From: a virus
Taxonomy: Duplodnaviria; Caudoviricetes
Strand: one strand, 5' to 3'
Length of the DNA: 34,430 bases
IMG/VR virus record: IMGVR_UViG_3300027741_000160
Coordinates: 1-34,430 of that record
Positions 1 through 8,399 of this stretch are shown piece after piece. A program made the translations under genes and the position numbers. How positions within the stretch are numbered: position 1 is the first letter of the stretch; every line of letters begins with the position of its first letter. The notes beneath the pieces were generated by a model that was not told where the DNA came from, made no database searches, and saw only the letters and a program-made list of their open reading frames with translations.

Positions 1-5
1 CGTTT

Positions 6-131
6 ATGACTGGAGAATGGTATCAAAATACTAAAGGAGGTACAACAACTGCGGGATTTACTGGTGGTAATTTTATTTCTGCTATTATTCACGTTGCGGA
101 AGATTTAGCACGGACAACCGTTGAAGGCCGA
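6..131. repeat. Terminal direct repeat, left copy (assembly overlap of a circular/permuted genome)
   Basis: 6..131 is identical to 34305..34430 (126 bp). The preceding bases are CGTTT at the left end and CGTTTA at the right end, a 1-nt indel. Confidence 0.95.
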
Positions 132-1946
132 ATAAATTATTATTTTAGGCCCGATTATTTTATCCCCTTATATTCGGGAGAATATCCATCTTTTTTCAAA
201 AGATTTCCAAACGTTTTACCAATCAATGATAAAAATGGAAATCAAAAGGATTGGATGTCTTTGGCCACACCTTTATTTGATATGATTGAAAAAGGAAGCG
301 GAGTTTGGAATACAAGCAAAAGAACTTATCGTAATTCTACAAGAAATTCTAAAGGCTATACCTACAAAAGACAAGGAAGATTCGCAGATACTTTGTACGG
401 CGATCCTCCAAATGCTAATTATTATATGAAACGAGAGTCAGGTGGTGGTGCCTCTCAATCTATTTTTGAATACCAAACCTATGCGACTAACCATTTAATC
501 AATTATGACACTTGGTTAAAGACACCATCAGAATATACCTATAATTTACATACCGGAAGTAATTTTAGCAATCCGCCAACTTCTCAACAACAAAGCTGGG
601 TAGTCGGATTATTCGAATCTTTATTAATTACAAATCCTACGGAACGATTATCGTGGACTTTTAACAATGGAGTAATTAACAAAACTTATTTAGAATTAAA
701 TCCGAGATCTTGGGAAACCGGTTTAAATTCGGGAACTGGCAATTATGATGTATCGCCAGCAAATAGTTTGCTTGGTTTTTTTAGTCCATTTGGAGATGCA
801 ACAACTCCGCAAAATAGCAATCACGGTAAACATATTCAATTCGATTTTGAAATAACCGGAAGTTATGGCCGTGATCGACAATTATTCGGCCAATCATTTA
901 CTGATTTATGGAATAGCTGCAAGACTTATTCTATTTCTAATTCTTGGGCCTCAAGTGGTGGAGTAATTCCAAATTTTAGTAATTACGAAGGTGGAATTTA
1001 TACGAGAACTTACGAAGGATCAGGTACCGGTGGGTGGAGATATGTTTCGCCTGGTGTTTCAGTAGCAACTGCAAAGACTACTGATCTTTATAAAGATTAC
1101 AAAGAATATTTTTTTGATGGATCAAAAAATAAAAACGCATCAGATTTTTATTGGCATAAATTTTATTTAGGCGCCATTGATTGTTATTCACATTTCTTTG
1201 TTACGGCTTATATGCATAATATTTGCGAAAAATGGTATTTGTACAATTTAGTACATTCGGGGGATATTAGTCGTAAATTAATTAATGAAATTTTAGGAGT
1301 TGAGCAAGGCAAAACAAAAAAAGTTTGTGCATATTCTTGGCGATATATGGAACCAATTGATATTTCTGATTTTGGTTTTGAAAGAAAAGGTTATTTATCC
1401 GGAGTAGGATTTAAGAATTATCGACCCAATAATCCACCAAGTCATAACCAATCTTTAGCGGTATGGTCATTTGCTTATTTAGATGGTTTGTACCTTTGGG
1501 ATGATAATGTGATAGGTGGCGAATATAATAAATGGAGGGAAGAATTTACCATTGAATGGCAAGCATATGGCGATATTTATGAGATTGATAATGGTGCATA
1601 TGATTGGTTTCATATTGGATATTGGCAAGTTTTACAAAATCGTGACATCGTTGGGGCAAATACTGAATGGGTAAAACCGGAATATAAAAATGGAGCAGTT
1701 TGGACATCAAACACGGATGCTAATACGACTAACTTTCCTATTATGTTATACAATGCCCAGTTGCCTATTTCAGCCTATAAATTATCAGCTGATGGAACGG
1801 AGGCACTTTTGATAATTACAAATCCATTCAATAATGGATACACGATGTCAACGCATACGGTAAGATTGCCAACAAAAGGAAATCAAGAATTTACTGTAAA
1901 GACCTGGGGAAATTATACAAGTGTTATACGATTAAAAAATTTATAA
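6..1946 (+). CDS. C-terminal 646 aa of an ~814-aa putative virion/receptor-binding protein spanning the contig junction (true start 33801)
   Basis: The ORF from ATG 33801 is open to 34430. Its codon at 34305 (504 nt downstream, in frame) is the ATG at position 6. Rich in Y/W/N/G and located after the tail-fibre genes. Confidence 0.8.
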   Translation: MTGEWYQNTKGGTTTAGFTGGNFISAIIHVAEDLARTTVEGRINYYFRPDYFIPLYSGEYPSFFKRFPNVLPINDKNGNQKDWMSLATPLFDMIEKGSGVWNTSKRTYRNSTRNSKGYTYKRQGRFADTLYGDPPNANYYMKRESGGGASQSIFEYQTYATNHLINYDTWLKTPSEYTYNLHTGSNFSNPPTSQQQSWVVGLFESLLITNPTERLSWTFNNGVINKTYLELNPRSWETGLNSGTGNYDVSPANSLLGFFSPFGDATTPQNSNHGKHIQFDFEITGSYGRDRQLFGQSFTDLWNSCKTYSISNSWASSGGVIPNFSNYEGGIYTRTYEGSGTGGWRYVSPGVSVATAKTTDLYKDYKEYFFDGSKNKNASDFYWHKFYLGAIDCYSHFFVTAYMHNICEKWYLYNLVHSGDISRKLINEILGVEQGKTKKVCAYSWRYMEPIDISDFGFERKGYLSGVGFKNYRPNNPPSHNQSLAVWSFAYLDGLYLWDDNVIGGEYNKWREEFTIEWQAYGDIYEIDNGAYDWFHIGYWQVLQNRDIVGANTEWVKPEYKNGAVWTSNTDANTTNFPIMLYNAQLPISAYKLSADGTEALLIITNPFNNGYTMSTHTVRLPTKGNQEFTVKTWGNYTSVIRLKNL

Positions 1947-1957
1947 ATTAAATTAAT

Positions 1958-2254
1958 ATGGCTATTCAATTTGAAATTAAAGAATTAGTTTGTTCTGAAT
2001 CCATTGACGGATTTGAAAACATCATTGTAACGGTAAACTATAACGCAGTAAAAGATGGAGTTTCGATCCCAGGTAGTTTAGGTTTGACATCTCCGAATGA
2101 ATCAGCATTTAAACCATTCGAAGAAATTACCGAAGAACTTGTGATTGGATGGTTAGAATCATCGTTGAATTTAGAGGAAATTGAATTTGCTTTGGATTGT
2201 GAGATTGCCTATAAAATGGATGTAATTGTAAGCAAGCCATTACCTTGGTTGTAA
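1958..2254 (+). CDS. Small tail-fibre-associated protein
   Basis: F.PF..IT..LV.GW...PLPW pattern typical of small proteins next to tail fibres in aquatic phages. Confidence 0.55.
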   Translation: MAIQFEIKELVCSESIDGFENIIVTVNYNAVKDGVSIPGSLGLTSPNESAFKPFEEITEELVIGWLESSLNLEEIEFALDCEIAYKMDVIVSKPLPWL

Positions 2255-2276
2255 ATATTTTTGATTTTGCTATTTA
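2252..2276 (+). promoter_or_regulatory. Candidate phage late promoter TAA-N16-TATTTA upstream of the lysis region
   Basis: Intergenic. ATTTTGCTATTTA at 2264-2276 is identical to 26556-26568, with the same TAA spacing as 24277 and 26544. Confidence 0.5.
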
Positions 2277-2308
2277 TGGATATTGTTTAACATTTTAAAA
2301 ATCAACCA

Positions 2309-2578
2309 ATGAAATTAGATTTCAATTTCGACTTGTTAGGATTGGATAGTGAACCAATCGAAGGTGCAAATGCTGGAAAATTATTAGCCACTTCATTAGT
2401 GGGGGCCAATAAAGGAAACGCATTAAAAATGTGGGAATGGGCCTTAGCATTAAATAAAGGCGAAATCATTGACTTGGATTCAGTTGATCAAGGAACTTTG
2501 AAAAGTTTTGTTGAGGAATCCGAATCATTTACCATCCTTGCAAAGGCTCAATTATTAAACGTGTTAAAAAAGGATTAA
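2309..2578 (+). CDS. Hypothetical phage protein
   Basis: 89-aa ORF with A-rich start context; TAATG coupling to the next gene. Confidence 0.75.
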   Translation: MKLDFNFDLLGLDSEPIEGANAGKLLATSLVGANKGNALKMWEWALALNKGEIIDLDSVDQGTLKSFVEESESFTILAKAQLLNVLKKD

Positions 2579-2895
2579 TGATTTACGATGATATTTTCGT
2601 GCCGTCAATTACTGGTGCAATAACTGCTTTTTTAGGTTGGATAGTTGGTAAAAGAAAAGAGAATTTAGATGTTAATGCGTCTGAAATCGCCAATACAAAA
2701 GAAATCATTGCAATGTGGAAAGTGACGGCCGAAGATATGTCGGCAAAGGTCAAAGAGTTAAGTGATAAGGTGGATGCACTAACTACGGAGGTGCAAAATT
2801 TAAGAGGAGAGAACGCAGAATTAAAACTCAAATTAGGATTAGATGAAAATCAACCAAATAAGTCCAGGAGGTCTAAGATTGATAAAACTATTTGA
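2578..2895 (+). CDS. Putative holin-like protein (N-terminal TM plus coiled coil)
   Basis: Hydrophobic IFVPSITGAITAFLGWIVG followed by KRK and a heptad coiled coil; directly upstream of the endolysin. Confidence 0.5.
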   Translation: MIYDDIFVPSITGAITAFLGWIVGKRKENLDVNASEIANTKEIIAMWKVTAEDMSAKVKELSDKVDALTTEVQNLRGENAELKLKLGLDENQPNKSRRSKIDKTI

Positions 2896-3304
2896 AGGCA
2901 TCACATTAAAACCATATTTATGCCCGGCTGGCATTCCGACAATATCAATCGGATGTACTTATTATCCGGATGGCACAAAGGTTAAAATGACTGATTCGCC
3001 AATTAGTGAAGTAAGGGCAACCGAAATATTTTTAAATGTTATAAAACATTATGAGCATAGTGTGGATTCGTTTTGCCGTGATGACATTAACCAAAATCAG
3101 TTTGACGCCTTGGTTTCGTTTTGTTACAATTTGGGTGCTGGGTCTTTAAAGTCAAGCACATTACTCAAAAAAGTAAATGCAGATCCAAATGATCCATTGA
3201 TTAAAGATGAATTTCTTAAATGGAATAAATGTCAAGGCAAAGTATTAAAAGGATTAACTGAACGAAGAAAGGCGGAGGCCGATTTATATTTTGGAAGAGT
3301 ATAG
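2843..3304 (+). CDS. Endolysin, GH24 phage lysozyme
   Basis: LIKLFEG...PYLCPAGIPTI, NQNQFDALVSFCYNLGAG and GLTERRKAE motifs. Confidence 0.93.
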   Translation: MKINQISPGGLRLIKLFEGITLKPYLCPAGIPTISIGCTYYPDGTKVKMTDSPISEVRATEIFLNVIKHYEHSVDSFCRDDINQNQFDALVSFCYNLGAGSLKSSTLLKKVNADPNDPLIKDEFLKWNKCQGKVLKGLTERRKAEADLYFGRV

Positions 3305-3521
3305 CAATTTTTTGAAAGCGGTAACGATGTTACTGCTTTTGTTTTTTATGGCTTGGTTTTATAAAAATTGGACTAAAAAAGACCAGGTTAATCATTCTTT
3401 AATAATCAATCAAAATGATCGCAAAATACTTCAAATCGATTCTGCTATTAACCGCATTCCTTATGCCTACGATGATAGTGCAAGGGCAGAATTTCTTAAA
3501 AACTATTCCAAATTCAGGTAA
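3291..3521 (+). CDS. Membrane-anchored lysis accessory protein (i-spanin-like)
   Basis: Single N-terminal TM (MLLLLFFMAWFY); directly after the endolysin; overlaps the next ORF. Confidence 0.45.
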   Translation: MEEYSNFLKAVTMLLLLFFMAWFYKNWTKKDQVNHSLIINQNDRKILQIDSAINRIPYAYDDSARAEFLKNYSKFR

Positions 3522-3777
3522 ACAAATTTGTTTATCTTCTGATTTAGTCGATGTAATTATCCACGACTTAAAAGAACGCAAGTTATTAATCGCCAAAGAT
3601 TCAATTTATAGGGGGCAAATATCGATTCTAAAGGATTCTTTATATGTTAGTAATAACAATACCTTAGCAGTTCAAAAATCGTTTCTTACAAGCGAAGAAA
3701 AAAGAAAGCGTAATGGTTGGCAAAGGAATAGTTTATTATTTATGATTTTGATCTTTGGAGCATTATGTACGAAATAA
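3415..3777 (+). CDS. Exported protein with C-terminal TM (spanin-like partner)
   Basis: Signal peptide ending VQG|Q, helical middle region, C-terminal hydrophobic LLFMILIFGAL. Confidence 0.45.
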   Translation: MIAKYFKSILLLTAFLMPTMIVQGQNFLKTIPNSGKQICLSSDLVDVIIHDLKERKLLIAKDSIYRGQISILKDSLYVSNNNTLAVQKSFLTSEEKRKRNGWQRNSLLFMILIFGALCTK

Positions 3778-3965
3778 AAGTTGAAACTGTGGAAAAACCA
3801 ATGAGTAAATCCGAAAAAACAACCGAATTGCTAAATACAATGATGGATGTGATGACAAATATTGAATATGTAGATGATGCTGGTTTTGTTCTTCGTATGA
3901 AAGTTATGAATAACATCGAATTTTTAGTGGATGAATTGATGGAAGAATACCAAATGACTCGATAA
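3765..3965 (+). CDS. Hypothetical protein
   Basis: 66-aa ORF coupled to both neighbours. Confidence 0.65.
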   Translation: MYEIKVETVEKPMSKSEKTTELLNTMMDVMTNIEYVDDAGFVLRMKVMNNIEFLVDELMEEYQMTR

Positions 3966-4960
3966 TGAATCAACTCCATAAGATTGAAACGGTTAAAAAC
4001 CATTTCTATGCTTCCAAATTAGGTAAAAAAGAATTTTGTGAGAAGTTCCATAATCAATATGGGTATGCTAATTGGGAGCAATTGAAAAAATTTATGAACG
4101 TTAATCATATTCTGCAAAGTGAGAGATCACAAGAATATTTAGAAGGATCAGTAAAAATACAAGATGCCATAAATTATGATCTTGATTTAATTGACAATTT
4201 TGGAATTGCAGAATCATTGTCAAAGGAATATGAATCAGCAAAGTTACCCGGTAACTTGAAGAAAATTGGAATCTTATCAGATATTCATTTTCCCTATCAT
4301 TCCTTAGAGGCTTTGACCATTGCTATCAGACATTTAAAAAATTCACAAATTGATTGCTTGTATTTGAATGGCGACATTATGGATTTTTATTCAATTAGCC
4401 GGCACGAAAAGGATAAAGACCTTCGTGACTTTAAACGAGAGGTTGATATGTCAAGGGATTTTCTTAAAAAGTTGCGAGATTTATTCCCGACAATTCCAAT
4501 TTATTATAAGTTAGGAAATCACGAACAACGTTGGGCCAAATCTTTGCAAGTGCAAGCAGATGAGTTTGCACAATTGCACGAATTACAATTTAACATCTTT
4601 TTTAACCTTGATAAATTACAATTCAATATTGTTGAGGATTGGCAAGGGATGGAAATGGGGGATTTGTTGGTGGTTCACGGACACGAGTTATATGGTGCCG
4701 GAGGGATTAATCCCTCGCAGAATTTAATGAATAAGACCTTATGTAATACATTGATGGGCCACGTTCATAGAACATCAACAACGCAAAAGAAAACGGCATT
4801 TAAGGAGTTTATAAATACTTACACTACTGGATGCCTTACCGTATTATCTCCAAAGTATATGCCATTCTCCCAGCATAACAATGGTTTTGCAATTGTAGAA
4901 ATTAATGAGGGAAAATCAAAAGTTTTTAATTTGCAGATAAAAGACGGAAAAATTTATTAG
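3965..4960 (+). CDS. Calcineurin-like metallophosphoesterase
   Basis: SDIH, NGDIMD, GNHE, HGHE and GHVH motifs. Confidence 0.9.
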   Translation: MNQLHKIETVKNHFYASKLGKKEFCEKFHNQYGYANWEQLKKFMNVNHILQSERSQEYLEGSVKIQDAINYDLDLIDNFGIAESLSKEYESAKLPGNLKKIGILSDIHFPYHSLEALTIAIRHLKNSQIDCLYLNGDIMDFYSISRHEKDKDLRDFKREVDMSRDFLKKLRDLFPTIPIYYKLGNHEQRWAKSLQVQADEFAQLHELQFNIFFNLDKLQFNIVEDWQGMEMGDLLVVHGHELYGAGGINPSQNLMNKTLCNTLMGHVHRTSTTQKKTAFKEFINTYTTGCLTVLSPKYMPFSQHNNGFAIVEINEGKSKVFNLQIKDGKIY

Positions 4961-5014
4961 ATTTGTTCATAAGTTGTTTTTCATAGTTTGTTTAGATAGG
5001 TTTAAAGTGAAGCG

Positions 5015-5050
5015 AATCCCTTCCCGTATTACTGGAGGGGATTTTTGTTT
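5015..5050 (+). terminator. Intrinsic terminator closing the late/lysis transcript
   Basis: Stem AATCCCTTCC/GGAGGGGATT followed by TTTGTTT. Confidence 0.8.
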
Positions 5051-5099
5051 TGATTGAATAAAAAAAGATAGAAAACTTTTTTTATTCGAAAAGTTTTTG

Positions 5100-5107
5100 T
5101 ACTTTTG
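5100..5107 (+). promoter_or_regulatory. Bacteroidota housekeeping promoter -7 element for the early genes
   Basis: TACTTTTG matches TAnnTTTG; intergenic, between the terminator and the first early ORF. Confidence 0.65.
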
Positions 5108-5149
5108 ATTCATCGAAAGCAACAACGCATTCGAATGAACCTTATCAAA

Positions 5150-5284
5150 ATGAAAAAAACAATTCAGTACATCATCGAACGGCACAAGGAAGATCCGGAA
5201 TGCTTGTTTATGGCGCTTGGCTTCATTACTTTCTGCACGGTGGCCTTTTTCCTTCTTCCCTATTTTATCGTTTATTTAGGATGA
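5150..5284 (+). CDS. 44-aa single-TM early protein (not in ORF track)
   Basis: MKKTIQYIIERHKEDPECLFMALGFITFCTVAFFLLPYFIVYLG; AAA-ATG context; ATGA overlap with the next gene. Confidence 0.7.
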   Translation: MKKTIQYIIERHKEDPECLFMALGFITFCTVAFFLLPYFIVYLG

Positions 5285-5448
5285 TTTGGCGGATGAGATT
5301 TAGGTATCACGAAACGGGGAGTTATTTCGTGACAAAAACATTTGCTAACATATTTGAAGCAAATCGTTTTATTAAACAAGAGGAGGCAAGAGAGCAATCC
5401 GAATTTTTAGACTTTAAAATCTTGGAACGTTATGGCCTACAAAACTGA
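5281..5448 (+). CDS. Small early hypothetical protein
   Basis: Start reassigned to ATG 5281 because of the ATGA overlap. Confidence 0.65.
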   Translation: MIWRMRFRYHETGSYFVTKTFANIFEANRFIKQEEAREQSEFLDFKILERYGLQN

Positions 5449-5623
5449 GTTTCCTTGCTTACTATGTTGCCGATTGCACGATGGTCGTGGCAACTGGTGG
5501 AATACTACTCAAATGTTTAAAACCGAGCAACAATTTGATCAATTCTTAAAAGATGGAATGCGTGATGGGTACGATGTTGATGATTGGTTCTACATTGAAG
5601 GTTATTTTGATCGTAAAAATTAA
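5432..5623 (+). CDS. Small early hypothetical protein
   Basis: 63-aa ORF overlapping the upstream gene. Confidence 0.65.
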   Translation: MAYKTEFPCLLCCRLHDGRGNWWNTTQMFKTEQQFDQFLKDGMRDGYDVDDWFYIEGYFDRKN

Positions 5624-5642
5624 TTAATTTAAACAAACACAA

Positions 5643-6191
5643 ATGAAAAACCTGATTAAAAGTTTATCCGCATTTCAAAACGAATGCCCGATAATACACA
5701 AAGACACGAAGGGCCATAATTATACTTATGCCGACCTTCCGCAGATTTTTAATACCATTAATCCGTTAATGAAAAAGCACGGATTATGTTTCAGTCAATT
5801 GCTGGAGAACGATGGAATTAGAACAATTCTTTTTCACGTTGAAAGTGGCGAGCAGTTAGAAAGCTTCACAGTAATTCCTAAAGTAAAACTTGGAAATATG
5901 AACGATTTTCAGGCAATGGGTTCGGGTTATACGTATTTTCGGAGATACTGCATTAGTTCGATTTTGGGGTTAGTGACCGATAAAGATACGGACGCAGCAG
6001 GTACCCAGGTGGCAAGCCCGAATAATTTAAGCCTAACAACAAAAGACTTGAAAGAATTGGAATCAGTTTTAAATGATTGTCAATCTGTGGAGGCAGTTAA
6101 GGAAGTTTGGGCAGATGTCGAAGATAATTATAAATTGGATAAAAGAGTAGTTAATTTATTTTCAACGCGTAAACAACAACTTACAAAATAA
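5643..6191 (+). CDS. erf: Erf-family single-strand annealing protein
   Basis: FQ.ECP.I.KD..GHNY.YADL, HVESGE, Q.MGS..TY.RRY, D.DTDAA. Confidence 0.88.
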   Translation: MKNLIKSLSAFQNECPIIHKDTKGHNYTYADLPQIFNTINPLMKKHGLCFSQLLENDGIRTILFHVESGEQLESFTVIPKVKLGNMNDFQAMGSGYTYFRRYCISSILGLVTDKDTDAAGTQVASPNNLSLTTKDLKELESVLNDCQSVEAVKEVWADVEDNYKLDKRVVNLFSTRKQQLTK

Positions 6192-6526
6192 TGGAAAAGG
6201 AGTTTGTAACATACGAGCAAGCATTAGCTCTACATGAACTAGGGTTTGATTGGGACACTTATGAACATTATGATTCGCATACAAAAGAGATTTGCGATAT
6301 AATGAAAGACATTCCTGCACCACTTAAACAACAAGTATTTAGATGGTTTAGGGAGAAGTATGAACTTGAATCTTGTATAATATATAGACGCAGTATGGAA
6401 AATAATAAAGAGTATTACGATTGGTTAATAAAAGGGCAAGAAGTAGTTTATAGACACTTCACTACCTACGAAGAAGCAGAAAATGCTTGTATAAATGAAT
6501 TAATTAAATTGATTAAAAACAAATAA
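6191..6526 (+). CDS. Hypothetical phage protein
   Basis: FV.YE.A.AL.ELGFD...APL.QQVFRWFREK...TYEEAE.AC pattern; TAATG coupling. Confidence 0.75.
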   Translation: MEKEFVTYEQALALHELGFDWDTYEHYDSHTKEICDIMKDIPAPLKQQVFRWFREKYELESCIIYRRSMENNKEYYDWLIKGQEVVYRHFTTYEEAENACINELIKLIKNK

Positions 6527-6530
6527 AATA

Positions 6531-6824
6531 ATGGAAAAGAAAGACAAAGTATTTGCAAATGGTTTCATTTTCAAGAAAAATGACAACGCACCGGAATGGG
6601 TAGTCGGTCGGCTATCCCTAAAGAAAGATGAAGCAATCGCCTTCATCCAAAGTCAAGGTAATGAGTGGATAAACCTAAACATTGCAAGGGGCCAACAAGG
6701 TAATTTCTATGTTGAGTTAGATACCTGGAAGCCTACCAACCAATCAAATCCAAGTTCTAATCAGTCCAGTAATATTCCACAATTTAAACCTCAACCAAAT
6801 GCAAGCGATGATCTCCCCTTCTAA
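6531..6824 (+). CDS. Putative single-stranded DNA-binding protein
   Basis: Flexible S/N/Q/P tail ending DDLPF; close to erf. Confidence 0.6.
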   Translation: MEKKDKVFANGFIFKKNDNAPEWVVGRLSLKKDEAIAFIQSQGNEWINLNIARGQQGNFYVELDTWKPTNQSNPSSNQSSNIPQFKPQPNASDDLPF

Positions 6825-7014
6825 AGTAGTTTTAACTCAAAAGAAGAACGAAGAATGTTTTGCTTATTCTTGCTTCCAGCACATTATGAAAAGCAATATG
6901 GCTTTGAATGTTGACACCCGTCGGATTATAATGGATATGGCTGCGAACGAAGTAATCAAAGGCAAGATGTCTGAAGAATTTTTTAACTCTTTATTTCCGA
7001 ACGATGCTAATTAA
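6799..7014 (+). CDS. Hypothetical protein
   Basis: ORF overlapping both neighbours; start uncertain (6799 or 6808). Confidence 0.6.
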   Translation: MQAMISPSKVVLTQKKNEECFAYSCFQHIMKSNMALNVDTRRIIMDMAANEVIKGKMSEEFFNSLFPNDAN

Positions 7015-7237
7015 AGAAATTGATAAGTATCAACAAACTGCGGACATTTTAAACGAGAGGGGTATTAAACCCTTCTCGGCCCGCACCTGGTATTGGGAAA
7101 ACGTACGTTCAATTGCGTATTATAATAGAAAAAACGCAAAAGCAGGGTTTATAAAAAGGCCCGATGTTATGGCAGTAATTAGAGAAGTAACTATAAAAAT
7201 GCTCGAAGATGCAAGGGAAAGACAAACAGTTGATTGA
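7004..7237 (+). CDS. Small helix-turn-helix DNA-binding protein (recombinase-domain-like HTH)
   Basis: YQQTADILNERGIKP..A..W...NVRSI pattern. Confidence 0.5.
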   Translation: MLIKEIDKYQQTADILNERGIKPFSARTWYWENVRSIAYYNRKNAKAGFIKRPDVMAVIREVTIKMLEDARERQTVD

Positions 7238-7319
7238 AAATGCAAATTTTTTGACAATGATCGGCCTAATTGGATTAATTGCTTGCTGGGTGTGGTTCTT
7301 AATTTTTTCAAATTTTTAA
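7209..7319 (+). CDS. 36-aa membrane peptide (not in ORF track)
   Basis: MQGKDKQLIENANFLTMIGLIGLIACWVWFLIFSNF fills the gap between genes. Confidence 0.55.
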   Translation: MQGKDKQLIENANFLTMIGLIGLIACWVWFLIFSNF

Positions 7320-7331
7320 ACTTAAAATAAA

Positions 7332-7733
7332 ATGAAAAATAAATCAGTTTTTAAAGTAGGAGATAAAGTGTTTGACCTACGTAATGGATGGGGAGTGATT
7401 AACAAAATTTATGAAGATTTTGTATTTCCTATTAAAGTTAATTTTGATGATACTTTTGATTGCTATACTTATGATGGGAAATTTGATAATAGTAATTTGC
7501 AATTTCTTTCATTTACTGAATACAATCTAGAAGGATTCAGCCAAGAAAGACCAGAGGAATTGCCAAAGAAAGGGCAGATAGTTTGGGTAAGAGATAGTGA
7601 ATTTCAAAGCTGGATGATAGCCCATTTTATGGATCGTATAAATGATTTTTATCAAGTTACTTCAAATTGGAATAAAAAAGAATCTTCATATTGGAAATTT
7701 ATCACAACCGAAAACCCATATAAAGATGTATAA
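7332..7733 (+). CDS. Hypothetical phage protein
   Basis: FKVGDKV.D...GWG...YTYDG...LSFTEY.LEGFSQERP pattern. Confidence 0.75.
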   Translation: MKNKSVFKVGDKVFDLRNGWGVINKIYEDFVFPIKVNFDDTFDCYTYDGKFDNSNLQFLSFTEYNLEGFSQERPEELPKKGQIVWVRDSEFQSWMIAHFMDRINDFYQVTSNWNKKESSYWKFITTENPYKDV

Positions 7734-7911
7734 AATAATAATTTTAATGATGATACTATTATCATCTTGCGTTCGGTTTCCCAATGGTATAGATAAAATT
7801 AAAGGCCGGGTAAAGCACACTAAAAGTTTGCGAGAAACCAGGCGAAACCTTCGATTGAATTACCATTACCATCAAACCAAGCTTGGTAGATTTTTTAATT
7901 TTGAGGTATGA
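7726..7911 (+). CDS. Small basic putative lipoprotein
   Basis: MYKIIILMMILLSSC lipobox; start reassigned to ATG 7726. Confidence 0.55.
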   Translation: MYKIIILMMILLSSCVRFPNGIDKIKGRVKHTKSLRETRRNLRLNYHYHQTKLGRFFNFEV

Positions 7912-8075
7912 AAGAACTAACCTTCAACGAGTGGCAAGACCACATCGCACGGCAATTAGAAGTCGATCAAAATAAAATTAATAACGAACCTAAATTACAA
8001 CTAAATGCAAAAGTCATTCAAAAGTTATCACGAATCAAATCCGAAAATTTACGATCAATTCAAGGAAATCGCTAA
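7908..8075 (+). CDS. 55-aa hypothetical protein (not in ORF track)
   Basis: MKELTFNEWQDHIARQLE...; ATGA overlap with the preceding gene. Confidence 0.55.
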   Translation: MKELTFNEWQDHIARQLEVDQNKINNEPKLQLNAKVIQKLSRIKSENLRSIQGNR

Positions 8076-8280
8076 CCTTTATATTAACAAAGGCGAAAGG
8101 CGAATCAAGGCCGAAACCATCTGCGAGATCATTCGATTTCAGTTGATGAAAGAGTTCAATGATGGTCATAAGTTCATTAGATTTTTTGCCCAGGATTATG
8201 CAAAAAAGTTCGAAAATGATTTCCCGCAACACGTTGGAATTTTTACAAAAAGATTGGTAAATTTTGAACTTGAAGATTAA
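8005..8280 (+). CDS. Hypothetical phage protein
   Basis: HE.NP.IY..F...A...G...I.E.IR...YA..F...P...G.F..R pattern. Confidence 0.7.
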   Translation: MQKSFKSYHESNPKIYDQFKEIANLYINKGERRIKAETICEIIRFQLMKEFNDGHKFIRFFAQDYAKKFENDFPQHVGIFTKRLVNFELED

Positions 8281-8285
8281 TTTAC

Positions 8286-8293
8286 TATATTGC
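8286..8293 (+). promoter_or_regulatory. Probable Bacteroidota-type promoter -7 element (variant)
   Basis: TATATTGC, one T short of TATATTTGC, with TTG motifs upstream; lies immediately before the structured RNA. Confidence 0.45.
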
Positions 8294-8298
8294 AATAC

Positions 8299-8396
8299 AA
8301 TAAGTCAAGATGGTGAGAGGTCTTGATTTATTCTAAAGGTTTATCATACCTAACTAGGCCAGTCTACTCTCTCACGTAGCTGGCCTTTTTATTTTT
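8299..8396 (+). ncRNA. Two-hairpin kissing-loop RNA / attenuator leader ending in an intrinsic terminator
   Basis: 13-bp stem 8299-8311/8320-8332 with loop GGTGAGAG; stem 8356-8367/8376-8386 with loop TCTCTCAC followed by a T-tract; the loops are reverse complements over 7 nt. Confidence 0.7.
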
Positions 8397-8399
8397 AAT

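Noticed and set aside
1-131. Terminal repeat as a biological direct terminal repeat
   Set aside because: It falls mid-gene and its length is typical of an assembler overlap, so it indicates circularity only
4967-5185. 72-aa minus-strand ORF as a possible divergent repressor
   Set aside because: No HTH pattern; it crosses a terminator and the early promoter; low-complexity composition
7004-7237. Recombinase-like HTH as evidence of an integrase/lysogeny module
   Set aside because: Only 77 aa with no catalytic serine or tyrosine recombinase domain; lifestyle remains undetermined
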